In this document: piece by piece, positions 49,828 through 59,938 of the stretch | Numbering within the stretch: the first letter of the stretch is position 1 | Layout of the letters: each line of letters begins with the position of its first letter | Assembly: GCA_965215005.1 (NCBI GenBank) | Contig: CBDCCZ010000038.1 | Span: 32,001-96,000, forward strand | DNA: 64,000 nt | Direction: 5' to 3' | Origin: Kofleriaceae bacterium | GTDB taxonomy: Bacteria > Myxococcota_A > Polyangia > Haliangiales > Haliangiaceae | Notes under the pieces: model-generated | What the model was told of the DNA's origin: nothing | Seen by the model: the letters and a program-made list of their open reading frames with translations, nothing else | Database searches by the model: none | Translations under genes and position numbers: made by a program

Positions 49828-50634
49828 TCAGTCGGGAAGCACGATGCGAGGCCTGGTCGCGGGGCAAATGATGGGACCGCGGGCGACAAAGATGCCGGGT
49901 AGACAGCTACCAAGGGCGAAATCGTCGATGGTGCAAGCAATGCGCAGATGCAGGTGGTCGTTGTGCGGAGACGAGTCGCTCGGCTCGCGCATGACCGCGC
50001 TTGCATGAGCGAGCAGCTCCGGAGGCGCCCCAATTGCTTGGCCATACGCCAACAGCCAGCGCTCGATTCGGGTGGAAATGAAGATGTGGGTGACGATGGC
50101 ATCGTCATCGGTGAGCAGCGCGGCGATGAGCGCCCAGTTGCGCGGCAAGTCGAAGTACCGGGCGCTGATGCGGCGGCCGTAGGTGGTGCTGGTGGCCATG
50201 CCCGAGTCGCGATAGTTCGGAAATGCGGCATCGGGTACGAAAGGCTCACCGTGCTGATCGAGTGCATAGAAGTGCAGATCCGCGTCGCGTCCTGATTGAT
50301 GAGAGAGGTGACGCAGGGCGCGTCCGCCGCGAGCGTGGGCGAGGTCGGCGACTCCGAGAATGGCGCCTGGATGAGCGCCGGCGACGCGCGCGGCTGCGCG
50401 ACGGATGAGCCCTACTAGCTCATCGGTGCCGTAGTGCAGGCCGCGGCTACGCCACGGCTCCGGGATGATGTAGCCGACTCCCCGGGTAGGTAGTCGGGCG
50501 GCGCGGGCGAGGGCGCCGCGATTGACGGAGCCGCAGGAGACGCTGTCGCGAACCGGGCCAGACGCGCCGACATACACCGGGTCAACGATCACGGCGAGTA
50601 CGACAGCGAAGAGCGCCAAGTGCCAACCCCGCAC
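49828..50634 (-). CDS. Penicillin-insensitive murein endopeptidase (MepA-like)
   Basis: YGTDEL, ADLA..RGG, HLSHQSGRDAD, HNDHLHLR. Confidence 0.85.
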   Translation of the reverse strand: MRGWHLALFAVVLAVIVDPVYVGASGPVRDSVSCGSVNRGALARAARLPTRGVGYIIPEPWRSRGLHYGTDELVGLIRRAAARVAGAHPGAILGVADLAHARGGRALRHLSHQSGRDADLHFYALDQHGEPFVPDAAFPNYRDSGMATSTTYGRRISARYFDLPRNWALIAALLTDDDAIVTHIFISTRIERWLLAYGQAIGAPPELLAHASAVMREPSDSSPHNDHLHLRIACTIDDFALGSCLPGIFVARGPIICPATRPRIVLPD

Positions 50635-50695
50635 CCGCTGAGCATACTGGTCTCGCGGCGTCAGCGGCTAGCCTGCGGTGCGTCGTTGGCCGCGC

Positions 50696-52942
50696 TCATG
50701 CGGCGTCGGCGCAGGGGCGAGCGAGCTCGTTCTGGAGCCCCACGGCCAGCTCCGCTGCACTTGGACGACCGGCAGGATCCACCGCCAGGCAGCGGCTGAG
50801 CAGCTGCTGCGTCTCGCTGGTGAGCGCGGCTGGCAGAAGCGGGGGCTCGGCGAGCGTGCCGCGCTGGCTGCGAATCACCAGCGGCGGAGTCGCGAACGGA
50901 TAGCTGCCCGTGAGCAGCTGATACGCGATGAGCCCGAACGCATAGACGTCGCTGCCCGGCGCGACGTTGCGCCGGCCATCTGCGAGCTCCGGCGCCATGT
51001 AGCGCGGGGTACCCATGATCATTCCAGTTTGGGTAAGCGAGCTCGAGACATCGGCATTCGTCGGGGCTTGATAGCCGGCAGGCAAGGCGCGGGTATCCTC
51101 GGTCTCTGCCGGCAGCGGTAGCTCCTCGCTTGCTTCCAAGGAAGCTAGCTGCCAATCGCCGCCGGCGATGCCGAAGTCGGCAATCTTCACGATGTCGGTC
51201 TTCTCCGCGTGACGAACCAGCAGAATATTGGCCGGCTTGAGGTCACGGTGAACGATCCCAGCTCTGTGAATGGCAGCGAGACCATCGGCCAGCTGGGTGA
51301 GGATTTCCAGGCCCCAGGAGCGCTGCCCATAGCGGCTTTCCGAGCGGTCGAGCGAGCTGCCGTCGACGTACTCCATCACCAAGTACATAAAGCCCGATCC
51401 CGATAGCTCGACGTCGACCACCTGCACGATGTTGGGATGAAAAAGCTCACACGCCAGCTGCGCTTCCCGAGCAAAGCGCGCCGCCCGTTGAAAGTCGATC
51501 TGCGTGAGTACCTTCATCGCGAGGCGACGCTGGTCACTCAGCCGAACTGCCTCGTAGACTGCACCGGCCGCGCCAGCACCGATCGGGCGCACGATCCGAT
51601 AGCGGGCATCGACCACGTCATCGGCCGCAAGCGTAGGAGCGCGGCCGTGCAGCGCAAGCTTGGCAAGTCCGTCGGAGAGGTGGCGTGATCGTTGAGCGAT
51701 TTGCCGTTGCAGCTCGATGTTGAGCAGCTCGGTCTCGCGTTTGCCTGCTTGCAAGCTCACGACGCTGTCAGCCAGCTGCCCATTGAGGCGTTCTCCGTGC
51801 TCCAGTGATATGAACAGCGCCCGCGCCAGCCCTAGTAGCTGCGCAAAGGCGAACATCGCTAGACCCAATCCGGCGGGATGAACCCCCGAAAGAATCTCGG
51901 GAAATCCCAGCCACCAGGAGTTGTCGAGCGGTGTGGTGATCGTGAGGCTGATCCATCCGACTAAATGCACCATGACCTCGCCATTGCGCTCGCGCCGATA
52001 AAGCCTGGCGAGCAGCACGACTTGGTACACAAGTCCTATTAGCAAGGTGATAATGACCGTGCGAGCGGACCAGGTGACATTCTGAAAGTTTCCAGTGGTC
52101 GTCGTTGCAGATAGCAGGGCGACTGCAAAGAGTGTCCAAAGCCATTTGCCCATGGGACCGAGGTTGAAGTGCGCATGCGTGGCAGCAACTGCCAACATGA
52201 TCGCGCTCGTGAGACTCGTCATCACCAAGAAGACATCGAGTGAGCTCGTGAGGTGCTGAGTAACGCCGAGATCGAAGAATAAGTAGTAGATAGGCGCCGC
52301 GATGCACGTTGCAAATAGTGCATACGAGCGGCGTGGCCGGAGGAAGTACAGCACGACATAAACGAAGGCGATGGTGCCGAGCGAGCCTATACCGAGCCAT
52401 TGAACCGCATCCCTTGCGCGCTCCACCCCATACGCCAGAGAGGCTTCTCCAGCGCCGAGCGAGAGCCGAGGCGCGGTCCGCAGCCAGCTGCTTTGCGTCC
52501 ACCGATGCTGGATGACGAGCGACAGGTCCACCAGCCCGCTTGATGTAGAGGCGGCCGGGATGGTCCAAACGTGGGTTCCGGTGGAACGGTATCCGCTGGA
52601 GCTGCGATCGCCTCGGCCGAGATGTTGGTTGTTGGCGACGAGCTCGGTGGCGCCGCCAAAGTAGGGAATGGAGAGTGTGATGGGCTGCCCCGCCCACTTC
52701 GCCGGTAGCACCACACGGCGCTGCAGGATGTACTCGAGCGGCTTGGGCTCGAGAAAGCGGTCGAGCATGGTTGGCAGCTCGACCGTGACGTTGGCCGCCG
52801 GGAGGCGCCAGTCGCGCAACAGCAACGTGTCGGCACTGCTGCTACAGCCAGCGAGGTAAACGTAGAACAGCGCCGGGAGGCAGCGCTGGAAGAGGCGGTA
52901 GAGCCGCGAGGCCATCGCGGCTGCAATCGGTTGTCTTGGCAA
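50696..52942 (-). CDS. 7TM sensor (7TMR-DISM-like) fused to a C-terminal Ser/Thr kinase
   Basis: Signal/lipobox LAGC, extracellular beta domain, 7 hydrophobic helices, coiled coil, GAGAAG, AMK, HRDLKPAN, DFG, YMAPE; start 52942 or 52915. Confidence 0.85.
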   Translation of the reverse strand: MPRQPIAAAMASRLYRLFQRCLPALFYVYLAGCSSSADTLLLRDWRLPAANVTVELPTMLDRFLEPKPLEYILQRRVVLPAKWAGQPITLSIPYFGGATELVANNQHLGRGDRSSSGYRSTGTHVWTIPAASTSSGLVDLSLVIQHRWTQSSWLRTAPRLSLGAGEASLAYGVERARDAVQWLGIGSLGTIAFVYVVLYFLRPRRSYALFATCIAAPIYYLFFDLGVTQHLTSSLDVFLVMTSLTSAIMLAVAATHAHFNLGPMGKWLWTLFAVALLSATTTTGNFQNVTWSARTVIITLLIGLVYQVVLLARLYRRERNGEVMVHLVGWISLTITTPLDNSWWLGFPEILSGVHPAGLGLAMFAFAQLLGLARALFISLEHGERLNGQLADSVVSLQAGKRETELLNIELQRQIAQRSRHLSDGLAKLALHGRAPTLAADDVVDARYRIVRPIGAGAAGAVYEAVRLSDQRRLAMKVLTQIDFQRAARFAREAQLACELFHPNIVQVVDVELSGSGFMYLVMEYVDGSSLDRSESRYGQRSWGLEILTQLADGLAAIHRAGIVHRDLKPANILLVRHAEKTDIVKIADFGIAGGDWQLASLEASEELPLPAETEDTRALPAGYQAPTNADVSSSLTQTGMIMGTPRYMAPELADGRRNVAPGSDVYAFGLIAYQLLTGSYPFATPPLVIRSQRGTLAEPPLLPAALTSETQQLLSRCLAVDPAGRPSAAELAVGLQNELARPCADAA

Positions 52943-53083
52943 AAACCTTTGGGGAGGCTCGTGCGCAAATGGCTATCACTGCGGAGTGCGCGCCCTCGCG
53001 GACAGCGCGGCGCGGCGCTGCCAGACCCCGGCCGGCCCGTCTTGCGTCGCTATCGAGCCAAGGCGACGGCCGGGATAGGCGGA

Positions 53084-54253
53084 TCAGCTGCGGGCGGCGG
53101 CGAAGGCGGCCTCGAGATCGGCGCGGAGGTCGGCGACGTCTTCGATGCCCACGGAGAGGCGAATGAAGCCGTCGGTGATGCCGAGCTTGGCCCGAGTCTC
53201 ACTAGGTACGCTGGCGTGGGTCATGATGGCGGGATGCTCGATGAGGCTCTCGACGCCGCCGAGCGACTCAGCCAGTGCAAAGACGCTCACGGTGCTGAGG
53301 AAGCGACGAGCCGCCTCGAGCCCGCCGCGCAGGTGGAAGCTGATCATGCCGCCGAAGCCGCGCTGCTGCGACTTCGCCAGTGCGTGCTGAGGATGGCTCT
53401 CGAGACCGGGGTAGATGATCGTCTCAACTTGGTCGTGCTTGGCGAGCCAGCCGGCGAGCTCGCGGGCGTTTGCCTCGTGGCGGTCCATGCGCACGTGCAA
53501 GGTCTTGATGCCACGCAGCACCAAAAACGAGTCCATGGGGCTAGGCACGGCGCCCACGGCGTTTTGCAAGAACGCCAGGCGCTCGTGCAGCTCGCTCGAG
53601 CCCGTGATGACTGCACCACCGACGACATCTGAGTGGCCGTTTAAATACTTGGTCGTCGAGTGGCAGACGAGATCCGCGCCCAGCGCAAGCGGCTGCTGCA
53701 AGTAGGGCGTCATGAAGGTGTTGTCGACGGCGAGCAGCAGCTCGTGTTGCTTACACACCTTGGCCACTGCCGCGATGTCGCAGAGCTTGAGCATGGGGTT
53801 GGTGGGCGTCTCAACCCAGACCAGCTTGGTGTTGGGTCGAATCGCCGCTGCGACCGCATCGCCGCCGGCGGCCGGATCGACGTAGCTAAACTCGAGACCG
53901 AATCGGCGATAGACCTTGTCGAACAGGCGAAAGGTACCGCCGTAGAGGTCATCGCAGGCGATGACGTGGTCGCCCGCGGAAAGGAGCTGCAGCACTGTCG
54001 AGGTCGCGGCGAGGCCCGAGGCGAAGGCCAATCCGTGGGTGCCACCCTCGAGCGCGGCGAGGTTGTCTTCGAGCGCGAATCGAGTGCGATTGTGGGTACG
54101 CGAGTACTCGAAGCCCTTGTGCTCACCCGGCGAAGCTTGAGCATAGGTCGAGGTGTAATAGATCGGCGTCATCACCGCGCCGGTCGTTGGGTCGGGCTCC
54201 TGGCCGGCGTGAATGGCTCGGGTACCAAATCCTGCGTCGCTTGCTTTCACCAC
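53084..54253 (-). CDS. Cystathionine gamma-synthase/gamma-lyase (Cys/Met PLP enzyme)
   Basis: TRAIHAGQ, YSR, SGLAA, YGGT, ETPTNP, DNTF, STTKYLNGHSD, ESLGGVESL, IRLSVGIED. Confidence 0.94.
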   Translation of the reverse strand: MVKASDAGFGTRAIHAGQEPDPTTGAVMTPIYYTSTYAQASPGEHKGFEYSRTHNRTRFALEDNLAALEGGTHGLAFASGLAATSTVLQLLSAGDHVIACDDLYGGTFRLFDKVYRRFGLEFSYVDPAAGGDAVAAAIRPNTKLVWVETPTNPMLKLCDIAAVAKVCKQHELLLAVDNTFMTPYLQQPLALGADLVCHSTTKYLNGHSDVVGGAVITGSSELHERLAFLQNAVGAVPSPMDSFLVLRGIKTLHVRMDRHEANARELAGWLAKHDQVETIIYPGLESHPQHALAKSQQRGFGGMISFHLRGGLEAARRFLSTVSVFALAESLGGVESLIEHPAIMTHASVPSETRAKLGITDGFIRLSVGIEDVADLRADLEAAFAAARS

Positions 54254-54255
54254 AG

Positions 54256-54747
54256 TTACACCTCGTCGAAATCAAAAGTCTCGGGGTTGAGGTCCAGCAC
54301 CCGCTCGAGCGCCTGCTCCTCGAGCAGATCTGACATGCGCTGCCCGCCATACTTCGTGGCCAGCTTATCGTCGTAGTCATCGGCGATGAGCGCTACGTCG
54401 CGCACGGTGGCTAGCAGCTCATCTGGATCCAGGGTGGTGCCGCCGAGGATCGAGTGGATGAACAGAACCAGCTTACCCACCGGATCATAGGCGAAGGCGC
54501 CGAAGCGCAGGTGCGCGTTGAGCTCCATGAGCTGAAGTGCCAGCGCGCCATCGACCTCGAGCCCCTTCACCAGCTGCGCAACGCATCGCACCATGGTCTT
54601 CTCTTCGCCCCACGGCACGATGTTGATCATGACGTAGGCAGACCCCTGCTTCACGACGTACAGCTGCTCATCGACTTTTCGAAAGGCACTGCTCTTGCCC
54701 AAGGTCTTTTCGATGAGTAGTGCCGTGGCGACTTCGGCTGCATTCAT
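54256..54747 (-). CDS. YbjN/CesT-like (T3SS chaperone fold) protein
   Basis: QGSAYVMI, LMELNAHLRFGAF, IADDYDD..KYGG. Confidence 0.75.
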   Translation of the reverse strand: MNAAEVATALLIEKTLGKSSAFRKVDEQLYVVKQGSAYVMINIVPWGEEKTMVRCVAQLVKGLEVDGALALQLMELNAHLRFGAFAYDPVGKLVLFIHSILGGTTLDPDELLATVRDVALIADDYDDKLATKYGGQRMSDLLEEQALERVLDLNPETFDFDEV

Positions 54748-54867
54748 GGTCGTTCTGATACCACATCCGCAGAGACCGTGGCTTGCGATGCCGGGGCGGT
54801 CGGCGGATACTCGCCGAGCGCGGTTAGCCTGGCGCTGTGGGGGCTACGCAACCGTCTTTGTCCACCA

Positions 54868-54975
54868 CCCACCAACCGGGGCGGTGGGATCGGTTTTGGC
54901 GAGAACAACTTGTTTGGTGAAAGCAAGAAGCTCTTATTGTATGGCCAGCTCGCTACCGGCGATTCCTTCGTTATT
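54868..54975 (+). pseudogene. Possible Omp85 (BamA/TamA)-family gene fragment
   Basis: PTNRGGGIGFGENNLFGESKKLLLYGQ resembles the E-x-NLFG first barrel strand; no full-length ORF. Confidence 0.45.
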
Positions 54976-55086
54976 CGCCCAATCACGAGGTGCTAGGGCT
55001 GGCACCATTCAAGAACGCAGTTGGCGTCGGCACGCGCGTGGTGGTGCGGCAGATCGTACTACCCCTGTTGGGCCTCGACCTGGGGT

Positions 55087-56802
55087 ATGGTCTCGAACGC
55101 GGTGACATCGAAATCCATCTCGCTATTGGCCTTACTGACGTGTAGCGCTGCTGTGGCTTGTGGCAGCAAAGCCGCGCCCATTGTTGCGCCGGCAGAACCC
55201 CCTCCCGGAGTAGATTTGGTGTTCCTGGGAGGCGACATCTGGACAATGGATCCAGCGCAGCCGCGTGCCTCGGCGCTGGCGGTCCGCGCAGGGGAGATCG
55301 TCGCGGTGGGAAGCGACGCGGCGATCCGTCCGCTCATCGGCACCGACACGCGCGTTGTCGAGCTCCGCGGTGCGAGCGTCACGCCCGGCCTCGTCGACGG
55401 TCACGCGCATCTTTATGGTCTGGGCGCGGCGCTCGAGAGCGTGGACGTTCGGGGTGCTGCGAGTGCCGAAGCTGCCGCGACAACCGTTGCCACGGCGGCT
55501 GCAGAGATCGATCCCACCGGATGGATCGTTGGTCGTGGCTGGGATCAGAATCTCTGGCCAAATCAGGCGTTCCCCACGCATCAGGAGCTCGATGCGGCGC
55601 TGGGCGATCGGCCGGTCGTGCTCACGCGCATCGATGGCCACGCACTTTGGGCCAACTCCGCGGCGATGCGCGCGGCGGGCGTGGACCGCAGCACGGCGGT
55701 ACCAGCTGGCGGCAAGATGATCCTTGATGAAGCCGGCGAGCCAACGGGGGTGTTCATCGACGCAGCGATGGCGCTCATCGAAGCTCACGTGCCGCCGCCG
55801 TCGCGGCAGGTGCGCGAGCGGCGAATTCGTAGCGCGGCCAAGGTCGCCGTGGCGGCCGGGCTCACCGGTGTTCACGAGATGGGCATCGACGATGCGACCG
55901 CGGCTGTCTACGCACACTTGGCGGCGCACGATGCGTTGCCGCTGCGGGTTTACGCGTTCTTGGCCGGAGATGGCCAAAGCGCGGCCGAGCTGCGTCGCCG
56001 CAAGCCCCGAGCCGACAGCGGCGAGTCATTCTTCGCGCTGCGCGGCGTCAAGCTCTACGCCGACGGCGCGCTCGGCTCACGCGGCGCTCTTCTGCTGGAG
56101 CCATACAGCGACGATCCAGGCAATCACGGGCTCGCCGTCACTGCACCGAAAGCACTGGTCGAGGTGGTGGAGGCCGCCGCGGCAAGCGGCTGGCAAGTGG
56201 CTACGCATGCTATCGGTGATGCCGCCAATCGCGCGGTGCTCGATGCGTACGAAGCCGCGGCACGTGGTGCCCCTGAGGCAGATCGCCGCTTCCGCATCGA
56301 GCACGCGCAAGTGTTGCAACCCGATGATGTGCCGCGGGTGGCGGCGCTCGGCGTGCTGGCGGCGATGCAGCCAACCCATGCTACCAGCGATATGCCGTGG
56401 GCCGAGCAGCGTCTCGGTCCGCAGCGCATTCTTGGGGCGTACGCGTGGCGGACCCTGCTCGATGCGGGCGTACGTGTCGTGGCTGGCTCGGATTTTCCGG
56501 TCGAAGAGGTCTCGCCGCTGCTCGGCATCTATGCCGCTGTGACGCGGCAAGACGCCAGCGGCGCACCGGCGGGCGGCTGGTATCCAGCGCAGCGCATGAG
56601 CTTGGAGGAGGCTCTTGCCGCCTACACGGTAGCGCCGGCGTACGCGGCGTTCGTCGAGGATCGCCGCGGCCGGCTCGCTCCGGGTTACGTGGCCGACATA
56701 ACCGTGTACGATCGCCCTCTTGCAGCGGATCGGACGCTGCTATCGACGGCTATCGCGATGACGATCGTGGGAGGTCGGGTAGTCTTCGAGAACACCCCGT
56801 AG
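55087..56802 (+). CDS. Amidohydrolase family 3 (YtcJ-like), probable lipoprotein
   Basis: PGLVDGHAH, GRGWDQ, DGH, KLYADGALGSRGA, HAIGD, RIEHAQ, GSDFP. Confidence 0.92.
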   Translation: MVSNAVTSKSISLLALLTCSAAVACGSKAAPIVAPAEPPPGVDLVFLGGDIWTMDPAQPRASALAVRAGEIVAVGSDAAIRPLIGTDTRVVELRGASVTPGLVDGHAHLYGLGAALESVDVRGAASAEAAATTVATAAAEIDPTGWIVGRGWDQNLWPNQAFPTHQELDAALGDRPVVLTRIDGHALWANSAAMRAAGVDRSTAVPAGGKMILDEAGEPTGVFIDAAMALIEAHVPPPSRQVRERRIRSAAKVAVAAGLTGVHEMGIDDATAAVYAHLAAHDALPLRVYAFLAGDGQSAAELRRRKPRADSGESFFALRGVKLYADGALGSRGALLLEPYSDDPGNHGLAVTAPKALVEVVEAAAASGWQVATHAIGDAANRAVLDAYEAAARGAPEADRRFRIEHAQVLQPDDVPRVAALGVLAAMQPTHATSDMPWAEQRLGPQRILGAYAWRTLLDAGVRVVAGSDFPVEEVSPLLGIYAAVTRQDASGAPAGGWYPAQRMSLEEALAAYTVAPAYAAFVEDRRGRLAPGYVADITVYDRPLAADRTLLSTAIAMTIVGGRVVFENTP

Positions 56803-56816
56803 CTCCGCTAGACCTG

Positions 56817-58724
56817 ATGCGGTTTTGTCCCTTTTGCAGCGCCGAGAACGCCGACGAGGCTAGCCATTGCTCCTCGTGCGCCCGGCGTCTGCCGCCGCTG
56901 CCTCCGCGCCGAACCCCGGAGGCAACGGCTGGCGCGGCTCGAAGCGTTGCCGTGCCGCGGGCGTCACAGCCCGAGAGCGGGCCCAGTGATGGCCGGCCGC
57001 GGACGCTGCCGCCGTCGCCGTCACGTCGCGAGCGCGACCGCGCGATGGCGCCGGCCGGCCGCGATGGCGGCGGTGCGATGGTCGCGCCCAAACGGGTGGA
57101 GTTGCCGCTACGACCGGTGCGGCCGGTGACGCGCGAAGATGAGCCGTCGTGGCCTCTTGGCGACGGCGAGCCGCCGCGTCCATTGATGCCGCAAGAGTCG
57201 GCAGCGCCGATGCCGGCGCCGGCACCACTGGCCGCTTCGCCACTGGCCGCTTCGCCACTCGCCGATTCAATCGACGATTGGGACGATAGCGACGACGGTG
57301 CGACGACCGTGCAGGCGGCGCCGGCGATGCTCGAAGAGCTGTTGGCCGATGGCATCTCCGGGGCCGCGGTCGACGACGAAGAAACTCGCGTCGAGCACGT
57401 CGAGCGGCTCGAGGTCTTCGCCTCGGTCGAGCGGCCAGGTCCGCAGGTTGGCGCGGCGGCGCCCATCGATCGCAGCTGGGCGCGAAGTGAGACGCCCACG
57501 GTCCGCGAGCAGCTCTCGCTCAAAGCTGCTGCGCCTGCTGCTGCAAACGCTGCCGTGCCCGAGCCGCTGCCGCCCGCGCCGACTGGGCCGCGCAAGGCGA
57601 CGCCGCCGCCCACGCCGCCGCCGCGTCCCGAGCCGCCGCCCACCCGCATCGTGGCCGACATCCGCGAAGGCAGTGAGCCCTTCGAGCGACTCGAGGTCGC
57701 GCCGATTCCCGAAGTTCCCGAGCCGGGGTTCGGCAACGCCGTGGCGTACGCAATTCGCTTTACACGCGCGCGCTGGCAGCGGCGGGCCGCGATTGCCACG
57801 CTCGAAAAAGACATCACCACCGACACCGCTGCGCTCGATCAAGTGCTCGGCGCTCTCGGCAAAGAGGGACGGCGCGTTCGTACCGACAACCGCGCGTTGG
57901 TGGGCGAGCACCACGCGATTGACGAGGCCGAACGGCGCTGCGAGCGCATCGATCAAACCTGCGCCGAGCTCACCAGCCGACAAGCAGAAGAGAATACTCG
58001 CTTCGATGAGCTCGAAGCCGAACGCCTGGCCAAAGTCACCGAGGCCGAGGAGTCGCTGGAGAAAGCCGAGGCCGAGCTCGTGAGCTTAGAGGGCCAACGG
58101 CGCAGCCTGCGCGACAAGAAGAAGGCGATCGATCGCCGTCATAAAGCGCTGCTAAAGAGCGCCGATGACCGCGAAGATCAGGCCGGCAAAGCGGCTATGC
58201 CGGATGCGCGTGAGCAGCTGCGTCGGGCTGCGGAAGACTTGCGCGCTGATGCCGCTGCCATCGATCCGCAGCGGCTCGAGATCGATCGGCGGCTGCTAGC
58301 GCTCGATGCGCCCATGACCCGCGTTGCTGCGACTGTCGATACGCTCAAAGCCGAGCTCGAGTCGGCGCGGCGCAGTCTGCACGATGCACGCGAGGGGCAT
58401 CGGCACCGGTTGGCGGAGCTCGAAGCCGAGATGGGACGTCGCACTCGCGAGCTCGCGCAAGCGCAAGCCGAAATCGCGCGACGGCTGGTCACGCTCGGCA
58501 CGCTCATGAACCTACACCGCGTCGATGCGCCGGAGCTCGTGCAGCTATACGCGCGCATCGATCGCTTGCGCACCGCCATCGGAACGCGCACCCGCGAAAT
58601 CGATCGGCTCACGGCCGAGCGCGAGGCCTACGACCGCGGCTCGCTGGTCCGCGGTTATGCAGTGATGGGCGGATTGGCGATCGTGTTGTCGACGATCATC
58701 GTCATCATCCTGGCGCTCACGTAG
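56817..58724 (+). CDS. Zn-ribbon, Pro-rich, coiled-coil protein with C-terminal TM anchor
   Basis: MRFCPFC..CSSC; long coiled-coil region; hydrophobic tail. Confidence 0.75.
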   Translation: MRFCPFCSAENADEASHCSSCARRLPPLPPRRTPEATAGAARSVAVPRASQPESGPSDGRPRTLPPSPSRRERDRAMAPAGRDGGGAMVAPKRVELPLRPVRPVTREDEPSWPLGDGEPPRPLMPQESAAPMPAPAPLAASPLAASPLADSIDDWDDSDDGATTVQAAPAMLEELLADGISGAAVDDEETRVEHVERLEVFASVERPGPQVGAAAPIDRSWARSETPTVREQLSLKAAAPAAANAAVPEPLPPAPTGPRKATPPPTPPPRPEPPPTRIVADIREGSEPFERLEVAPIPEVPEPGFGNAVAYAIRFTRARWQRRAAIATLEKDITTDTAALDQVLGALGKEGRRVRTDNRALVGEHHAIDEAERRCERIDQTCAELTSRQAEENTRFDELEAERLAKVTEAEESLEKAEAELVSLEGQRRSLRDKKKAIDRRHKALLKSADDREDQAGKAAMPDAREQLRRAAEDLRADAAAIDPQRLEIDRRLLALDAPMTRVAATVDTLKAELESARRSLHDAREGHRHRLAELEAEMGRRTRELAQAQAEIARRLVTLGTLMNLHRVDAPELVQLYARIDRLRTAIGTRTREIDRLTAEREAYDRGSLVRGYAVMGGLAIVLSTIIVIILALT

Positions 58725-58804
58725 ACGGGTTTTCACACGCATCCCGCGGCTCCCGGTGCCCGCGTTGCGCTCGCTCGGCTGAATTCTGATACGCTGCGGT
58801 TTGC

Positions 58805-59920
58805 GTGCCGAAGGTCCTGGTCTCCAATAACAGCGAGCTTCTCCGGCATCTTGCCGCGGCGCCGTTTCGTCACTTGGCGCTCGAGCTGGTCACTGCATCC
58901 AGCGGCGATGAAGCCCTTTATTTGCGCAATCGTGAGGCGCCAGCGCTGGCGATCCTCGATGCTGAGCTTGCGGGCGTGTCTGGCTATCAGGTTGCGCAGC
59001 AGATCAAAGAAGAGTCTGACTGCCGCGTGGTGCTCGTGCTCGGCAAGCGCATCAACGCCGAACAGATGCGCCGCGTGAGCAAGTCGGGGTGCGATGAGGT
59101 CTTGATCGCGCCAATGAGCGCCGATGAGCTCTATGACGTCGTCGCGATTCAGCTCGGGCTGCCGCGGCGCGGAACCGAACGCTTTAGCGTCCAGCTGACT
59201 GTCCGAGAGGGCGATGATCGCCGGCCCGTCGATGGTCGAGTTACCAATCTCTCCGTGGATGGCGCGCGGCTGGTGGTGGCCGAGCCACTGGTCGAAGGCA
59301 CCCGCCTCGAGCTCATCATCTCCGAGGCCGACGCCAAACCGATCACGGTGGCCGCGCGGGTGGTTTGGGCGCAGCCCCACGAGCGCAAGACGGTCGTGGG
59401 CGCCGCCTTCGATGAGCTCGAGCCGCGGATGCAATCGGTGTTGGCGCGGCTCACGCAATGGGACTTGGTCAAAGAGACCGAGCGAACCCGAATCGTGCTC
59501 AAGGGCGACTTCACCGAAGCCACTGCCTTCGATGATCTGTTGCCGGTGCTGGTGGGGCGCATCGACTTCGATCTGTCGCAGGTGCGCTATCTCAATTCGC
59601 TGGGTGTACGGGCCTGGTGCGAGTTGATTCGCGCGGCGCCCATTCACGGCTACGAATTCCACGCGTGCTCGATTCCGTTCGTGTTGCAGGCTTCGCTGGT
59701 GCCCGATGTGCTGGGGCGCGGCTCGGTGACGTCGTTCTTTGCGCCGTACGCGTGCGAAGTGTGCGAGCACCAGGAAGAGCGGCTGCTGCAAGCAGCGACG
59801 ATCTTGGCTGCCGAAGACATGGAACCACCACCGGGCGTGTGTCCCGAATGTGGCGGCCAGACTTCGCTCGACGACATCCCTGAGCGCTACTTGGCGTTCC
59901 TCCGCCAAGACGACGAGTAA
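58805..59920 (+). CDS. Atypical receiver + PilZ + STAS-like + Zn-ribbon protein
   Basis: REC-like ILDAEL; RRGTER/NLSVDG PilZ; DLSQVRYLNSLG STAS-like; CEVC..CPEC. Confidence 0.8.
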   Translation: MPKVLVSNNSELLRHLAAAPFRHLALELVTASSGDEALYLRNREAPALAILDAELAGVSGYQVAQQIKEESDCRVVLVLGKRINAEQMRRVSKSGCDEVLIAPMSADELYDVVAIQLGLPRRGTERFSVQLTVREGDDRRPVDGRVTNLSVDGARLVVAEPLVEGTRLELIISEADAKPITVAARVVWAQPHERKTVVGAAFDELEPRMQSVLARLTQWDLVKETERTRIVLKGDFTEATAFDDLLPVLVGRIDFDLSQVRYLNSLGVRAWCELIRAAPIHGYEFHACSIPFVLQASLVPDVLGRGSVTSFFAPYACEVCEHQEERLLQAATILAAEDMEPPPGVCPECGGQTSLDDIPERYLAFLRQDDE

Positions 59921-59938
59921 TCGCCGTCGCTACTATCG

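Noticed and set aside
57226..57262. 15-bp tandem repeat (PLAAS x2-3)
   Set aside because: Ordinary low-complexity linker slippage inside a CDS
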